Of a stretch of DNA of 64,000 bases, positions 32,901-42,759 are shown piece after piece. The position numbers and the translations under genes were made by a program. Below the pieces are notes generated by a model, which saw nothing but the letters and a program-made list of their open reading frames with translations, made no database searches and was not told the origin of the DNA. How positions within the stretch are numbered: the stretch's first letter is position 1; every line of letters starts with the position of its first letter. Origin of the DNA: Nibricoccus sp. (lineage in GTDB: Bacteria > Verrucomicrobiota > Verrucomicrobiia > Opitutales > Opitutaceae); contig JASGHG010000001.1 of NCBI GenBank assembly GCA_047602425.1, positions 2,176,001 to 2,240,000 on the forward strand, written 5' to 3'.

Positions 32901-33081
32901 CGCGCACCAAATCCGCGCTCGCTCCCGGATAGGCCGTGGTCACTTTCACCACCGCGTTGTTGGTTTGCGGATACTGACGGATGACCATCGATTTGAAGGC
33001 CAGCCAACCACCCAACAGAAGGAAAAGGTTGACCACCGTCGCGAGGATGGGACGGCGGATGAAAAGGTCGGTGAAACGCAT
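29992..33081 (-). CDS. RND efflux permease (HAE1, MexW/MexI-like)
   Basis: MRFTDLFIRRP, GLVVDDAIVVVENI, GLITKHGIL, RLRPILMTT; 1029 aa. Confidence 0.95.
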   Translation of the reverse strand: MRFTDLFIRRPILATVVNLFLLLGGWLAFKSMVIRQYPQTNNAVVKVTTAYPGASADLVRGYITTPLEREIASADGLDYVESVSASNVSIITAKLRLNYDPNDALTQITSKVNRVRSELPSAAEDPVFDVSVGETTASMYLSFASQTLASNQITDYLVRVVQPKLSTVEGVQKVDILGGRTFAMRIWLKDDRMAALGLSAAAVRAKLASQNYLSAVGQTKGSMISVNLTAKTDLHSAEEFRNMVILEKEGRVVRLGDIAEVVLGAEDYGSALTFNGLNATGMSISVLPTANAIDVIKRVRAMWPDLVSQFPAGLEGNVLYDATAFINDSISEVMHTLVEAMLIVVVVIYLFLGSFRSVVIPIIAIPLSLVGGGILMLAFGFSINLLTLLAMVLAIGLVVDDAIVVVENIHRHIEEGLTPLDAALKGAHELVGPVIAMTITLAAVYAPIGLQSGVTGALFREFAFTLAGSVVVSGFVALTLSPMLSAKLLRHNPNPRGFEHMLEKGFDKMRHGYEKFLDKVLETRAAVVIVAVLIFASIVPFYMMTKKELAPQEDRGFVLGILSGSPNATLDQTQRYTAQLQPMINQSIPETKVAFMILGFDPQAGLPNPSGGMIGQVLKPWSERTRSAATIAAHFSGLANGISGLKVAAALPPSLPGAGGGLPVQFVVSSTQDHARVVEVANELLQRALASGKFVYADNSLKFDQPQADIHVDKDKAALLGIDMSQLGADLGSMLGGGYVNRFAIEGRAYKVTPQVSRLSRLTTEQLGNYYVSTGKGALVPLSSIATIANTTQPRNLGRFQQLNSATLGLVPRPGVSIGEALDWLTAESKQVFPEGFTADYKGELRQYVQEGSALLATFGLALLVIFLVLAAQYESWRDPFIIMMAVPLSIAGAMLFLFLGFATLNIYTQVGLITLVGLITKHGILMVEFANKLQEETGCSVREAIDHAAGVRLRPILMTTAAMVLGVLPLVAAKGAGAEARFSMGLVIATGMSIGTLFTLFVVPVFYSFIAKARPRIATAAPKPAAKH

Positions 33082-33092
33082 GGTGCCTCCGC

Positions 33093-34199
33093 TCAGCTTT
33101 CGTGGGGTTTGGGTGCGGGATTGGCCTCGGGGGCGACCGAATTATCCACTTTTACCGCCGCGCCGTTGCGCAGTTTAATCTGGCCAGCCGTGACAACTTG
33201 TTCGCCGGTCTTCAGGCCCTCAAGAACAAGAATTAAATCACCCCGGGAAGCGCCGGTTTTGATAAAACGCTGCTTCACGACGTTGTTTTCGATCACGTAG
33301 ACAGTTTCGCCATAGGGATTGTGCACCACCGCTGTCGCGGGCAGCACCATCGCATGTTCCGTTGGCGGCAACATCACTTCGACCTTCACATACATGCCAG
33401 GACGTAACGCTTCGTCCTTGTTTTCCAAGGTCGCACGGACATCGACGCTCCGTGTGGCGTCGGCGACCCGCGGGCTGATCGCCGTGATCTTCGCCGCAAA
33501 AACGCGGTCCGGGTAGGCGTCCACGCTTAATTGCACTGCTTGGTCGACAGCCAGTCGGCTTACTTCCTGTTGCGGCAACGAGAAATCCACATGGATCGGG
33601 TTGATGCACTCCAGCACAACCAACGCGTCGCCCTTGGAGAGGAACTGGCCCGGGTAAACTTTCACAATACCAAGCCGCCCGGCAAAAGGCGCCACGATAT
33701 GTTTCTTTGCAATGGTTACCCTCAACTGGGCCACCGCCGCCTTCGTCTGTGTCGAAACCGCCTCGGCCGCGTCGAGATCGGAAGGTGTATTAGTGCCGTT
33801 CGTCCGCAACTCGCGCGCACGCGTGAGATTCCTTTCCGCCAATGTCGCCTGCGCCTCAAGACCGCGCAATTGCGCCTCTTCGCTCGCCGTGTCCAACACG
33901 ACAATGGCATCACCCTGCGCGACCACCGCTCCGGACTGCGCTACCACTTCGCGCACCAATCCATCCAACTCGGTCTTGATCGTGATGCCTTGAAAACTCG
34001 TCAACGACGCCACTGCGGTAAGGGTGTTAGGCCACGTTTGCTCAACCACGGCAGCCGCACTAACCGTGGCAGGCGGCTGAGCGCGGCCAGACATCGCGGC
34101 CATCATCTTGCGGATGGTATAAAACTTGTAGCCAAAGATCGCGCTGAAGGCGGCCAGCGCAATCAAGGTGGTGAGGGCAATGCGTTTTTTCATGATCAA
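33093..34199 (-). CDS. RND periplasmic adaptor (MFP)
   Basis: N-terminal anchor, IVAPFAGRLG, LRPGMYV, GLKTGEQVV motifs. Confidence 0.93.
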   Translation of the reverse strand: MIMKKRIALTTLIALAAFSAIFGYKFYTIRKMMAAMSGRAQPPATVSAAAVVEQTWPNTLTAVASLTSFQGITIKTELDGLVREVVAQSGAVVAQGDAIVVLDTASEEAQLRGLEAQATLAERNLTRARELRTNGTNTPSDLDAAEAVSTQTKAAVAQLRVTIAKKHIVAPFAGRLGIVKVYPGQFLSKGDALVVLECINPIHVDFSLPQQEVSRLAVDQAVQLSVDAYPDRVFAAKITAISPRVADATRSVDVRATLENKDEALRPGMYVKVEVMLPPTEHAMVLPATAVVHNPYGETVYVIENNVVKQRFIKTGASRGDLILVLEGLKTGEQVVTAGQIKLRNGAAVKVDNSVAPEANPAPKPHES

Positions 34200-34249
34200 A
34201 TTTTTCGTCGTTGGCTAAGTCTACTCGTTCGGGCAGGAGAGGCCGTGGG

Positions 34250-34822
34250 TTAATTCGCAGGCAGTGCCTCCGCTCGCTGGCGCAATTTCAGGCAGACTTC
34301 GGCAAAAACCTTGTGCTGCGCGGGCTTCAAACTTTCAGCCAAAACACTCGCCGCTTTGAGGAAGTGCCGGATCGCATTCGCCGCAATTTCCCGGCCATCG
34401 TCGGTCAAAAAGACCCGCACAACGCGACGGTCCGTGGCGAGGCGTTCGCGTCTCACCCAGCCATGTTTTTCCATCTGGTCCAATGTATCTGTCATGGCGG
34501 TACGCGTGATTTCCACGTGATATGCCAGATTCGCCGGACAGGACGGCACGGGATCGAGCGTGTAAAGTGTAACGAGGCTCAGAAATCGCGCCTCCGACAT
34601 TCCCAGCGGTTTCATGATGCGTTGCAAACCGTGTCTCACCGCCCGGCCGGCCGAAAGCAGCAGCAAGGTGGCCGCGCACGAAGACGGTTCACCAACGCCG
34701 CTCTGCCGGGCGATACACAACAAGCGTTGGAGCGGCATCGATGCCGCATCGTCGGAAAAAAGTCCGGCATCGTACACCGTTGGCGCGGACAATCTGGCCT
34801 TGGTTTTGTCGCGGGAGCCCAT
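34250..34822 (-). CDS. MarR-family transcriptional regulator
   Basis: LDQMEKHGWVRR...DRRVVRVFLTDDG wing motif; upstream of efflux genes. Confidence 0.88.
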   Translation of the reverse strand: MGSRDKTKARLSAPTVYDAGLFSDDAASMPLQRLLCIARQSGVGEPSSCAATLLLLSAGRAVRHGLQRIMKPLGMSEARFLSLVTLYTLDPVPSCPANLAYHVEITRTAMTDTLDQMEKHGWVRRERLATDRRVVRVFLTDDGREIAANAIRHFLKAASVLAESLKPAQHKVFAEVCLKLRQRAEALPAN

Positions 34823-34828
34823 GGCAAA

Positions 34829-34933
34829 TCATTCGTGACGGGATCCTTTGTCCCTTGGGGTTGTATCGACAGCGATGAGCAAGATCATCGCCAAAATTAT
34901 CAGGATCACGACAATCATGCTAATTTCCTCCAT
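34829..34933 (-). CDS. Small single-pass membrane protein, 34 aa (MEEISMIVVILIILAMILLIAVDTTPRDKGSRHE)
   Basis: Below the ORF-track cutoff; purine-rich GGAGAGGGG upstream; 17-residue hydrophobic run; stop 6 nt before marR ATG. Confidence 0.6.
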   Translation of the reverse strand: MEEISMIVVILIILAMILLIAVDTTPRDKGSRHE

Positions 34934-35187
34934 CGGGCCAACCCCTCTCCATGCATCTCGCTTTTGCCTACACTCCTCGGCGGAGAAACGAAAACATCGA
35001 TTTCAAAAGTGGCAGGCATGGGCGCAGTTTAGCCGCATCGTCGAGGGACGTGAAATGCCAAGAGTGTCGTGCACTTATACCAAAAAGGCATAGCCGCGTC
35101 GCAGCCGTAACCTGCCTAAATAAAGACTCGTCACAAATTTTGCGTTCGGGCAGACAACCGTTTCTCACCGCACAGCAGTCTCTACCA

Positions 35188-36600
35188 ATGAATTCCCTCA
35201 AAATCGTTCGCGCCAGCGCCCTCTGCCTGGCTTCCTTGTTTCTTTCCCTGCAAGTCTCTGCAGTCGGGCCCTATCGCAACCGCGATAACCCCAATCCCAA
35301 CGACGAAGGCGAGGGCACTTACCCCATTCCCTACCAGCTGCCCACCGCCGCGGAAATCACCGAACAGTTGCAACGTGTCCATGGTTATCTGGTGCGCCAC
35401 ACACCTCCAATCGTGGTCGATTCAAGCAATGGGCAGCCGATCAAGGATTTTACCAACCCAGTCGCCACCGCCACGCTCGAGCGCACCGACTCCGGTTTCT
35501 ACCTGCTCGCCTATGAGATGGGCGTCGTCTACACCGGCATGCTCAAAGCCACCGCCGTGACGGGCGATCCGCGGTTCAACGAATACACGCGCGCCCGTTT
35601 CCAATTCATCGCGGACAAGACTCCTTATTTCCGCGCCCAACAGGAAAAATTCAATCTGGGCCGCCGCAACGCCTTCCGCGGTGTCCTCGAACCCCTCGCG
35701 CTCGACGACTGCGGCGCCATGCTCGCCGCCATCGTCAGGGGCCAAATCGCCAAGGTCGGCCCTTTACAACCGGCTCTTATCGACACGTGGAGCAACTATA
35801 TTGCACGCGGGCAATTTCGCCTCTCGGATGGCACCCTCGCCCGCCAGCGTCCACAGGCCGAGTCGATCTGGGCCGACGATTTCTACATGTGCGTTCCCGC
35901 CCTCGCCGAGATGGGCCGGCTCACTGGCGATACAAAATGGTTCGACGATGCCGTTAAAAACGTCCTCCAGATGTCGGCGCGCCTTTTCAACAAGGAACGC
36001 GGCATCTATACCCATGGCTGGAACGCGCACAACCCCGACGCTCCGCAATTTTATTGGGGAAGGGCCAATGGTTGGGCCGTGCTCGCCATCGCCGATTTGC
36101 TCGATGTTTTGCCGAAACAACATCCCGGCTACGAACCCGTGCTCGCACAGTACCGGGCGTTGATTCGTGGCGTTTGCCAGTACCAATCCGGCGCAGGAAT
36201 GTGGCACCAACTTCTTGATCGAAATGATTCCTACCTGGAAACGTCGGCCACTGCGATGTTCGTGTACGGTATAGCGCACGGCATCAATCAGGGTTGGATC
36301 AGTCCCACGACCTATGGTTCGATCGCGCAGGCGGGTTGGGCCGCTCTGACGACCAAAATCACCAAGGAAGGCGCTGTCGATGGCACCTGTGTCGGCACCA
36401 CTTTTGCGAGCGATGCTGCGTACTACTACGCCCGCCCGGCTAACACCGAAGCCCTTCATGGTTATGGTCCGGTTCTGCTCGCCGGAGCGGAAATGATCCA
36501 GCTCCTTAAGAACCCCGCCTTCGAAATCCAGGTCAAACTCCGGACCTATCACTACGTCCCAAAAGCCGGCGGCAAAACCGACTATCGCGAGCACCAATAA
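35188..36600 (+). CDS. Unsaturated (rhamno)galacturonyl hydrolase, GH105/GH88 family, exported
   Basis: Signal peptide; IWADDFYM, HGW, WGRANGW, WHQLLD, YLETSATAMF motifs of YteR/YesR-type enzymes. Confidence 0.9.
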   Translation: MNSLKIVRASALCLASLFLSLQVSAVGPYRNRDNPNPNDEGEGTYPIPYQLPTAAEITEQLQRVHGYLVRHTPPIVVDSSNGQPIKDFTNPVATATLERTDSGFYLLAYEMGVVYTGMLKATAVTGDPRFNEYTRARFQFIADKTPYFRAQQEKFNLGRRNAFRGVLEPLALDDCGAMLAAIVRGQIAKVGPLQPALIDTWSNYIARGQFRLSDGTLARQRPQAESIWADDFYMCVPALAEMGRLTGDTKWFDDAVKNVLQMSARLFNKERGIYTHGWNAHNPDAPQFYWGRANGWAVLAIADLLDVLPKQHPGYEPVLAQYRALIRGVCQYQSGAGMWHQLLDRNDSYLETSATAMFVYGIAHGINQGWISPTTYGSIAQAGWAALTTKITKEGAVDGTCVGTTFASDAAYYYARPANTEALHGYGPVLLAGAEMIQLLKNPAFEIQVKLRTYHYVPKAGGKTDYREHQ

Positions 36601-36627
36601 GTAAACTACAGATCACCCAACTTTCTC

Positions 36628-36653
36628 AGGCCGCGCCAACTCGCGGCCTTTTT
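36628..36653 (+). terminator. Rho-independent terminator
   Basis: AGGCCGCG-CCAACT-CGCGGCCT followed by TTTT. Confidence 0.8.
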
Positions 36654-36821
36654 CATGCACTGGTGGCGAAGTTTACCAGATAGGGGACGTCTTGCTATTC
36701 GATGGTTCGGTTCCCTCGGGCTCGGCCGAAGTTTGTTATCGAAGTCTCAAAGAGCGTCAGAAATGAGCAAATGGCGCCTTCACGCACGGCTGTCGTCGAG
36801 ACTGTTTCGGCTCCGTCCTAG

Positions 36822-37811
36822 TCACTTTTCTGTGGCTGGAGCCGTCTTTGTCTTTTCCGAGGAATCGACGGCATCGTCCATGGTGACGGTTCGAGTTTCA
36901 CCGAGCTCTACCTTGCCCTTGCGTGAAACCCTTTTGTCGATAATTGATGGCTCGGACATCCAACGTCCGAAGTACTTCGACCCACTGGCGGCAAGGGCGG
37001 TCGAGGTCTCAGCTAACGACACCCCTTGAGCCGGCGTACTTATTTTTGTCCGCCAGAGCAGCCTGGCTTCGTCACGGTCGTAGGCGACCTTGTCGTAAGC
37101 CGAGATCACGACGAAATAGCAATCGTTTATCACCTGCTCCATCAGCACGCGGTTCTTGTCGTTGCGGATGGAGAAAAGATATACCGGATTCAGCAGGTTG
37201 ATGTCGGCGCCTCGGGCCGAGTAGTCGGCTTCCTGCTGGGCCTCCATCACCTCTTTCAGTTCCTCGGCAAATTTTTTTCCGCCGACGAGCACGGCGCGCG
37301 AAATCGTATTGCTCACTCCGTAACTGCCGAGCCGGTTGTGTTCGCCCCAAACCAATAGAAGAACCTGGGTCGCGGGATGCTCATCGGTGCCCTCCAAATA
37401 GCTGGCTAGCGCGAGCGATTTTTTCACCTCCTGCACCAAGCTTTCCTGCGAAAGCGTGTTTTCCTGCGACTCACCTTCACCTTCCATGTGATAGCCCGTG
37501 ATCTTGAGCAGGTAGTAAGTTGGATTGGACGGCGTGGGAGGCACCAGCCGCTTGCCCTCCTCGGTGGCCTCGGTGATGACCGAAATACCGAGAGCCGGCT
37601 TCGCTTGGAATGCCTTCGGCAGGAGGCTGAAGACGAAGGCCTTCTTCATCGGCTCGGCCTTCATGGGCGGTTGTTCTATGGCCAGTCCTTCGGCGTTCAG
37701 GATGCTTTGGCCCAAGACCAGTGTTAGGCTAACGGCCATCGTTCTGAAAAGAAGGGCGAGCATTTTGGACTTTGGCCGGCTAGCGCAGAAAGGCACTTCG
37801 GAGAAGCTCAC
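36822..37811 (-). CDS. Hypothetical exported protein, paralogue B
   Basis: 329 aa; shares VFSLLPKAFQ, VITEATEEGK, CYFVVISAYD, LLWRTK, GRWM.EP, VELGETRT with neighbour; GTGA overlap. Confidence 0.8.
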   Translation of the reverse strand: MSFSEVPFCASRPKSKMLALLFRTMAVSLTLVLGQSILNAEGLAIEQPPMKAEPMKKAFVFSLLPKAFQAKPALGISVITEATEEGKRLVPPTPSNPTYYLLKITGYHMEGEGESQENTLSQESLVQEVKKSLALASYLEGTDEHPATQVLLLVWGEHNRLGSYGVSNTISRAVLVGGKKFAEELKEVMEAQQEADYSARGADINLLNPVYLFSIRNDKNRVLMEQVINDCYFVVISAYDKVAYDRDEARLLWRTKISTPAQGVSLAETSTALAASGSKYFGRWMSEPSIIDKRVSRKGKVELGETRTVTMDDAVDSSEKTKTAPATEK

Positions 37812-38770
37812 TTTTTCCCGGTCGTCGGCACGTTTTTCTTTTCCGGTTCGCCGACAGGTTCATCCATGCTGATGGTTCGGGTTTCGCCAAGCTCCACCCT
37901 GCCGTTGCGCGAGATCCTTTTATCGACAATCGCTGGTTCGGTCATCCAGCGGCCAAAAAACGGCCCACCGCCCGCCACGAGCGCCGAAGAGCTTTCGGCG
38001 AGGGAAATACCGGCGGCAGCCGTGGTCATCTTTGTACGCCAGAGCAGTTTTTTCTCACCATGGGCAAAGGAAGCGAGGTCGTAGGCAGAGACTACAACAT
38101 AGTAGCAGTCGTCCACGATTTGGTGCATGAGAGCACGGTTTCTGTCCGAGCGGATCATGAGCCGGTAAACCGGGTTCAGCATTATGTCGCCGCTAGCCGA
38201 GTTGGATTGTTCTTCGATCGCAGCGGCCAATTCCTCGGCGAATTGCTTGCCACCGACAAGAGCGGCTCGTGAAAGGAGGTTCCGGTAGCCTATGTCTTCC
38301 TGTCCACCCATCTCGGAGGCCGGATCGTCCTCGGCCAGCTTGTTGTGCGTACCCCAAACAAAGAAAAGCACCAAAGATGGCGGGTGATCTTTGTCCGCTT
38401 CGAGGTAACCGCCCTCCACGAGGGATTTTTTCAGCTGTTTTTCCAGATGTTCGACCGAGAGCGTTTTGTCCTGATCCTTGCCATGGCCTTCGTGATGATA
38501 GCCAGATGCCACCGCCTGGTAATATGCCGGCTTGCCGGTTGTTGGTGGTTTCAGTTTTTTGCCCTCCTCCGTCGCCTCCGTGATCACTGTGATACTTAGC
38601 TCAGGATTGCTTTGAAAGGCCTTGGGAAGGAGAGAAAACACCGCCGTTTTTTTCAATGGTGGCGGCTTCAGCGGAGCTTGTCCGTCCTCCACCCCGGCCC
38701 CCGAGGTCAGAATAATGCTACCGATGAAAATGAAGCCGGACGTGAGTATTTTGATGGATATTAATTTCAT
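37808..38770 (-). CDS. Hypothetical exported protein, paralogue A
   Basis: ATG 38770 with N-terminal hydrophobic segment; collinear similarity to paralogue B. Confidence 0.8.
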   Translation of the reverse strand: MKLISIKILTSGFIFIGSIILTSGAGVEDGQAPLKPPPLKKTAVFSLLPKAFQSNPELSITVITEATEEGKKLKPPTTGKPAYYQAVASGYHHEGHGKDQDKTLSVEHLEKQLKKSLVEGGYLEADKDHPPSLVLFFVWGTHNKLAEDDPASEMGGQEDIGYRNLLSRAALVGGKQFAEELAAAIEEQSNSASGDIMLNPVYRLMIRSDRNRALMHQIVDDCYYVVVSAYDLASFAHGEKKLLWRTKMTTAAAGISLAESSSALVAGGGPFFGRWMTEPAIVDKRISRNGRVELGETRTISMDEPVGEPEKKNVPTTGKK

Positions 38771-38823
38771 GGGCAGCGAAAATTTTGCATGAACCAATCG
38801 AAATCGGCCAGAGAGCGGTCGGG

Positions 38824-39444
38824 TTATTTCAAGTATTTCACCACCGCCTCAGTGCGGGAGCGGACGTGGAGTTTTTCGTAGATGTGCTTGAGATGGCTGT
38901 TCACCGTTTCGAGGCCGATGGAAAGCTTGTCCGCGATTTCCTTGGACAGGCAGCCAACGATGAGCAATTGCATGATTTCCTCCTCGCGACGGGTTAGCTT
39001 TTCGCTGGCCGGGGCCGAGGGTCGCCGGAAGGAAGCGATCACCTTGCGCGCCACCTCCCCGGTCATGGGCACGCCACCTTCGCGTACCTCCTGGATGGCC
39101 TTCACGAGGTTCTGTGCGGCGGTGCGCTTGAGCAGGTAACCGCTGGCGCCCGCTTCGAGCGCACGGTAAATCTGCTCGGTATCCTCGTGCACCGTGAACA
39201 TGATGATCTGAGTGTCGGGAAGCATGCGTTTGAGCTTCGTGGTCGTTTCGATGCCATTCCCATCGGGCAGCTGGATGTCCATGATGATGACATCGGGCGC
39301 AAGCTGCGGAATTTTTTGCAGGGCGGTCCGGACATTGCGGCAGACGCAAACGCAGGAAAGCGCGGGTTGTTGCTCGGCGATGATCTGCTCAAGTTCTTCG
39401 CAGATGCCGGCGTTGTCTTCGACGAGGGCGACAGTGGTGGGCAT
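38824..39444 (-). CDS. NarL/LuxR-family response regulator
   Basis: VALVED, MDIQLPDGNG, GYLLK, LTRREEEIMQLL..G...KEIADKLSI...HIYEKLHV; ATG 39444. Confidence 0.94.
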   Translation of the reverse strand: MPTTVALVEDNAGICEELEQIIAEQQPALSCVCVCRNVRTALQKIPQLAPDVIIMDIQLPDGNGIETTTKLKRMLPDTQIIMFTVHEDTEQIYRALEAGASGYLLKRTAAQNLVKAIQEVREGGVPMTGEVARKVIASFRRPSAPASEKLTRREEEIMQLLIVGCLSKEIADKLSIGLETVNSHLKHIYEKLHVRSRTEAVVKYLK

Positions 39445-39451
39445 GAAAAGG

Positions 39452-42400
39452 TTAGCTGGTTTTTTCGAAAGGCGGGAGGGTGGATAAACGAATGGGCACC
39501 GTAAGCGTAATCTGCGTGCCCGCACCAGGCCGGCTCTCGATCGCAATGCGAGCGCCAATTTCCTCGGCCCGGGACCGCATGTTGTGGAGCCCATTGCGTT
39601 CGGAATGTTCCTTGAGGGACGGTTCGAAACCGGCGCCATTGTCCTGTATCCGAATTTCAACGACATGGTCCGCAGTCGCGAAGGCCAGGGAGAAGAGACT
39701 GGCGCGGGAATGTTTCAGTGTGTTGTTCATCGCTTCCTTGCAGATCGCCAGAACCTCGTGCTGCGCGTCGACCGCAAGCGGCAACGGCGGTATGCTTTCG
39801 GCTCCCTCGACGCGACATTCGATGCCTGTGCCTTCGAAGAAAAGCCGGGCATGGCGGCCGGCAAAGGCGGCGAGCCGATCCCAAGAATTATTTTGCGGGC
39901 TCACGGTCCAGACAATGCTTTCCAAATCGGTGGCGAGCCCTTGGGTGCGATGCACCAGCGAGCCGAGGGTTTTCTCAATCTCTTCCATGTTGCGGTGCCG
40001 GCGCAGGCGGTCGGCGAGTAATCCAATCTGCGTCAGACTGCCGCCCAGTTCGTCGTGGAGATTGCGGGCTATTCGGGCGCGTTCGCGTTCCAAAGCGTGC
40101 TCCTCTTCGAGCCGGCGCAGACGAACTTTGTATTTGCGCACCGACCAGATGCGGGCGGCGGACGCGACAATCGCCACGGACGCCGCAATAATGACCAACA
40201 GGAACCAGCGGCTCTGCCACCAGGCACTTTCAACGTGAATGAGCATGCTGACTTCCTGCTGAGCCCACGCGCCATTCTGATCGAGGGCTTGTACAACCAG
40301 ACGATAATCGCCGGCTGGCAGATAGGCATAGCGGGCGGTTCGGTCTTCACCCGCCTCGTTCCAGTCGCGATCGAACCCTTCCAATTGATACCGCAACAAC
40401 ACGTGCTTCGGATGGGAAAAATTCAGCACTGCAAACCGGAAACGAATTTTTTGCACGCCCGGCGCGATTTCCAGACGCGGCTCCGTCGCATGATGCGGTC
40501 GCTGATCAAGCGCCACTTCCTCGATGTACATGCGTGGTGGTTTCTGCGGAGCAGCCAATGCCGTGGGATTCACCCCAACCACCCCCTTGTAGAGCGTGAA
40601 CCAGAGCCGTCCGTCCGCGCCTTTCCAAGAGCGTGGTTGCCCCACGCCCGGCGCCGCCGCGTCCAGCAATCCGTCGTCTTCGCCATAGGTCGCAGCGGTA
40701 ACTCGATTTAGTTTACCATCGGCTACCGCCAAAAGGTCTTCAATTTTCACTCGAAACAAGGCGCGCCGTCCCGCCATCCACAAACAACCCGCATCGTCCT
40801 CGAGGATTTGGTCGACAAATTCGTCGGGCAAACCCTGCGCCTTCGTGAATCGCACCAGGCGTTCGCCCTGCTTGAGCACCAAACCGCCCGCTGCCGCAAT
40901 CCAGAGTGTGTCGCTGTGGTCAAAGAGCAGCGAATGGATCGGGCCGGCGCGCCACTCCTCGGGACTGATCCGCTCGACCAGATTGCCATCGACAAACTCC
41001 AGCACACGAGCCCTGAGACGTGCGTCAATCGATTCGGTCGCCGCAATCAGAATCCGCCCTTGCTGGCTCTCCGCCAACGCTTCGAAACGATAAGGCAAAT
41101 TGCCCACGCTCTGGTAGACATTGTCCTGAAAAAAGCCCAAGCCGAGGTTGGAAGCCACCCACATTCGTCCGTCGCGGCTGCCGTAGAGAAAATGAATCCC
41201 GCGTACAGAGGGCTGCACCGGTTCAAGCCGTTCCGGTACTTGCGACGTTAGTCGGTAGAGATTGGTGTTGGAGCCCATCCAAACTACTCCCTTGGTGTCG
41301 ACCGCGACGCGCGAGGCGAAAAGCCATCCGCCGGCTGTAGCACCGAACTGTTGTACTGCGCCATCTTTGTAACGTACCAGCCCGCCGGCGCGATTCGCAC
41401 ACCAGATCGCGCCCGAAGCATCTTCGCACACCGAAGAGCTGAGATCCGAGGGCAGCCCGGCGCTGGTGTTAAGGATGTCGTAGTGCATCGGACGCAGCCG
41501 ACACAATCCGTCGCCCGCGGTGCCGGCCCAAATATTGCCGTCCTCATCCTCCATTACCGACAAAATCAAGCTTGTCCCGAGAGCGACCTTGCGCAGCGCC
41601 CCATCAGCGTAGACGTGCAAACCGTCGCGGCGCGTGCCAATCCACAATCGCCCATTCGAGTCTTCGAATAAACATTGAATGCCCGCCCGCCTTCCCGGCC
41701 AAGACGAACCTTCTATCATCGCCAGTGTCCGGTCCTGCTCGACTTTGATCAAACGCTCGGCACTCGAAACCCACACGCCTCCGGAACGAGCCGATGCGAT
41801 CAACAATGCCGTGCCCAGGGAGCCGGTCGACGGCTTCCACGGCACAAGCCGGCCATCTTGATAGTATCCAAAATATTCACCCGTCGCCACCCAGGTGCGC
41901 CCGCGTCCATCGGTCGCAAATGACGCCCGATTCACTCGCCGGCCTACGCCGGCGCTCTGCCCAAAACGCTCGATTTTGCCCTTTTCCCAGCGGATGAATG
42001 ATGTCGGTTCCGCGCCAATCCAAATCACGCCACTGGGTTCGACATAAAGATCGAGCAGTGTGAGTCCGGCCAAATCCGCCGTCAGAGGGTGCAACGATGG
42101 TTGTCCCTCCTTCCATTCGACCACGCCGCCACTCGCCGGCAACGTCAGGATCGTGCCCTCGGGTGTCAAAGAAAGTCCGCGGATATTATAACCAAAATCC
42201 GGCGAATTTTCCGCGTCCCGAAATTCCTTGAAGGCCACGCTGTCAAACCGCGCCAATCCCCCCGCTGTCCCCAGCCACATATAGCCACGTCTATCCTGAA
42301 CCATCTGATTGATGAAATTATCCGGTAAACCCTGCTCAACCTGCCAGCTGCGGACGTTGTAGGTCACTTCACGAGCCGTGGCTGACGGTGAGAGCAAGCT

Positions 42401-42454
42401 CAGCAAATTCAGTACAAAGACTGCGCGGATAAAGTGGGGTACTCGCCGATACAT
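39452..42454 (-). CDS. Sensor histidine kinase with beta-propeller repeats, Y_Y_Y domain and HisKA_3
   Basis: GLPDN..QDRRGYMWLGTAGGL propeller repeats, YQLEGFD.DW...Y.YLPAGDY, TM helix, ERARIARNLHDELG, DNGAGF, GLHNMR. Confidence 0.93.
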   Translation of the reverse strand: MYRRVPHFIRAVFVLNLLSLLSPSATAREVTYNVRSWQVEQGLPDNFINQMVQDRRGYMWLGTAGGLARFDSVAFKEFRDAENSPDFGYNIRGLSLTPEGTILTLPASGGVVEWKEGQPSLHPLTADLAGLTLLDLYVEPSGVIWIGAEPTSFIRWEKGKIERFGQSAGVGRRVNRASFATDGRGRTWVATGEYFGYYQDGRLVPWKPSTGSLGTALLIASARSGGVWVSSAERLIKVEQDRTLAMIEGSSWPGRRAGIQCLFEDSNGRLWIGTRRDGLHVYADGALRKVALGTSLILSVMEDEDGNIWAGTAGDGLCRLRPMHYDILNTSAGLPSDLSSSVCEDASGAIWCANRAGGLVRYKDGAVQQFGATAGGWLFASRVAVDTKGVVWMGSNTNLYRLTSQVPERLEPVQPSVRGIHFLYGSRDGRMWVASNLGLGFFQDNVYQSVGNLPYRFEALAESQQGRILIAATESIDARLRARVLEFVDGNLVERISPEEWRAGPIHSLLFDHSDTLWIAAAGGLVLKQGERLVRFTKAQGLPDEFVDQILEDDAGCLWMAGRRALFRVKIEDLLAVADGKLNRVTAATYGEDDGLLDAAAPGVGQPRSWKGADGRLWFTLYKGVVGVNPTALAAPQKPPRMYIEEVALDQRPHHATEPRLEIAPGVQKIRFRFAVLNFSHPKHVLLRYQLEGFDRDWNEAGEDRTARYAYLPAGDYRLVVQALDQNGAWAQQEVSMLIHVESAWWQSRWFLLVIIAASVAIVASAARIWSVRKYKVRLRRLEEEHALERERARIARNLHDELGGSLTQIGLLADRLRRHRNMEEIEKTLGSLVHRTQGLATDLESIVWTVSPQNNSWDRLAAFAGRHARLFFEGTGIECRVEGAESIPPLPLAVDAQHEVLAICKEAMNNTLKHSRASLFSLAFATADHVVEIRIQDNGAGFEPSLKEHSERNGLHNMRSRAEEIGARIAIESRPGAGTQITLTVPIRLSTLPPFEKTS

Positions 42455-42759
42455 ACGGGCTATGATGCTTGCTACGTTGTGAACGCAACCATCACAACTC
42501 CCAAAAATTCACTAGAACTCGGGATGCTTGGGCGACCCGCTTTGGTCTACAATTCCGCTCTTCGAACCCAGCCCTCCCAGCCCCTAACTTTCACTGCCCG
42601 GCAACCCCAATTCAGGCCGGCAGCCGCATCCCGCGACCGCCAGCCTACCTCGAATACCCCGAGGTCGTCATCCCCCTTCCAACACCTCCATCCAACGCTT
42701 CCACTCCAGCACCCGCCAAACGGGAGCCAAAGTGGTTGTTGCCATCATTGAACTTCCAC

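Noticed and set aside
42469..42759. 97-aa N-terminal extension of the TonB receptor
   Set aside because: Signal peptide begins at ATG 42760; upstream is the divergent promoter region.
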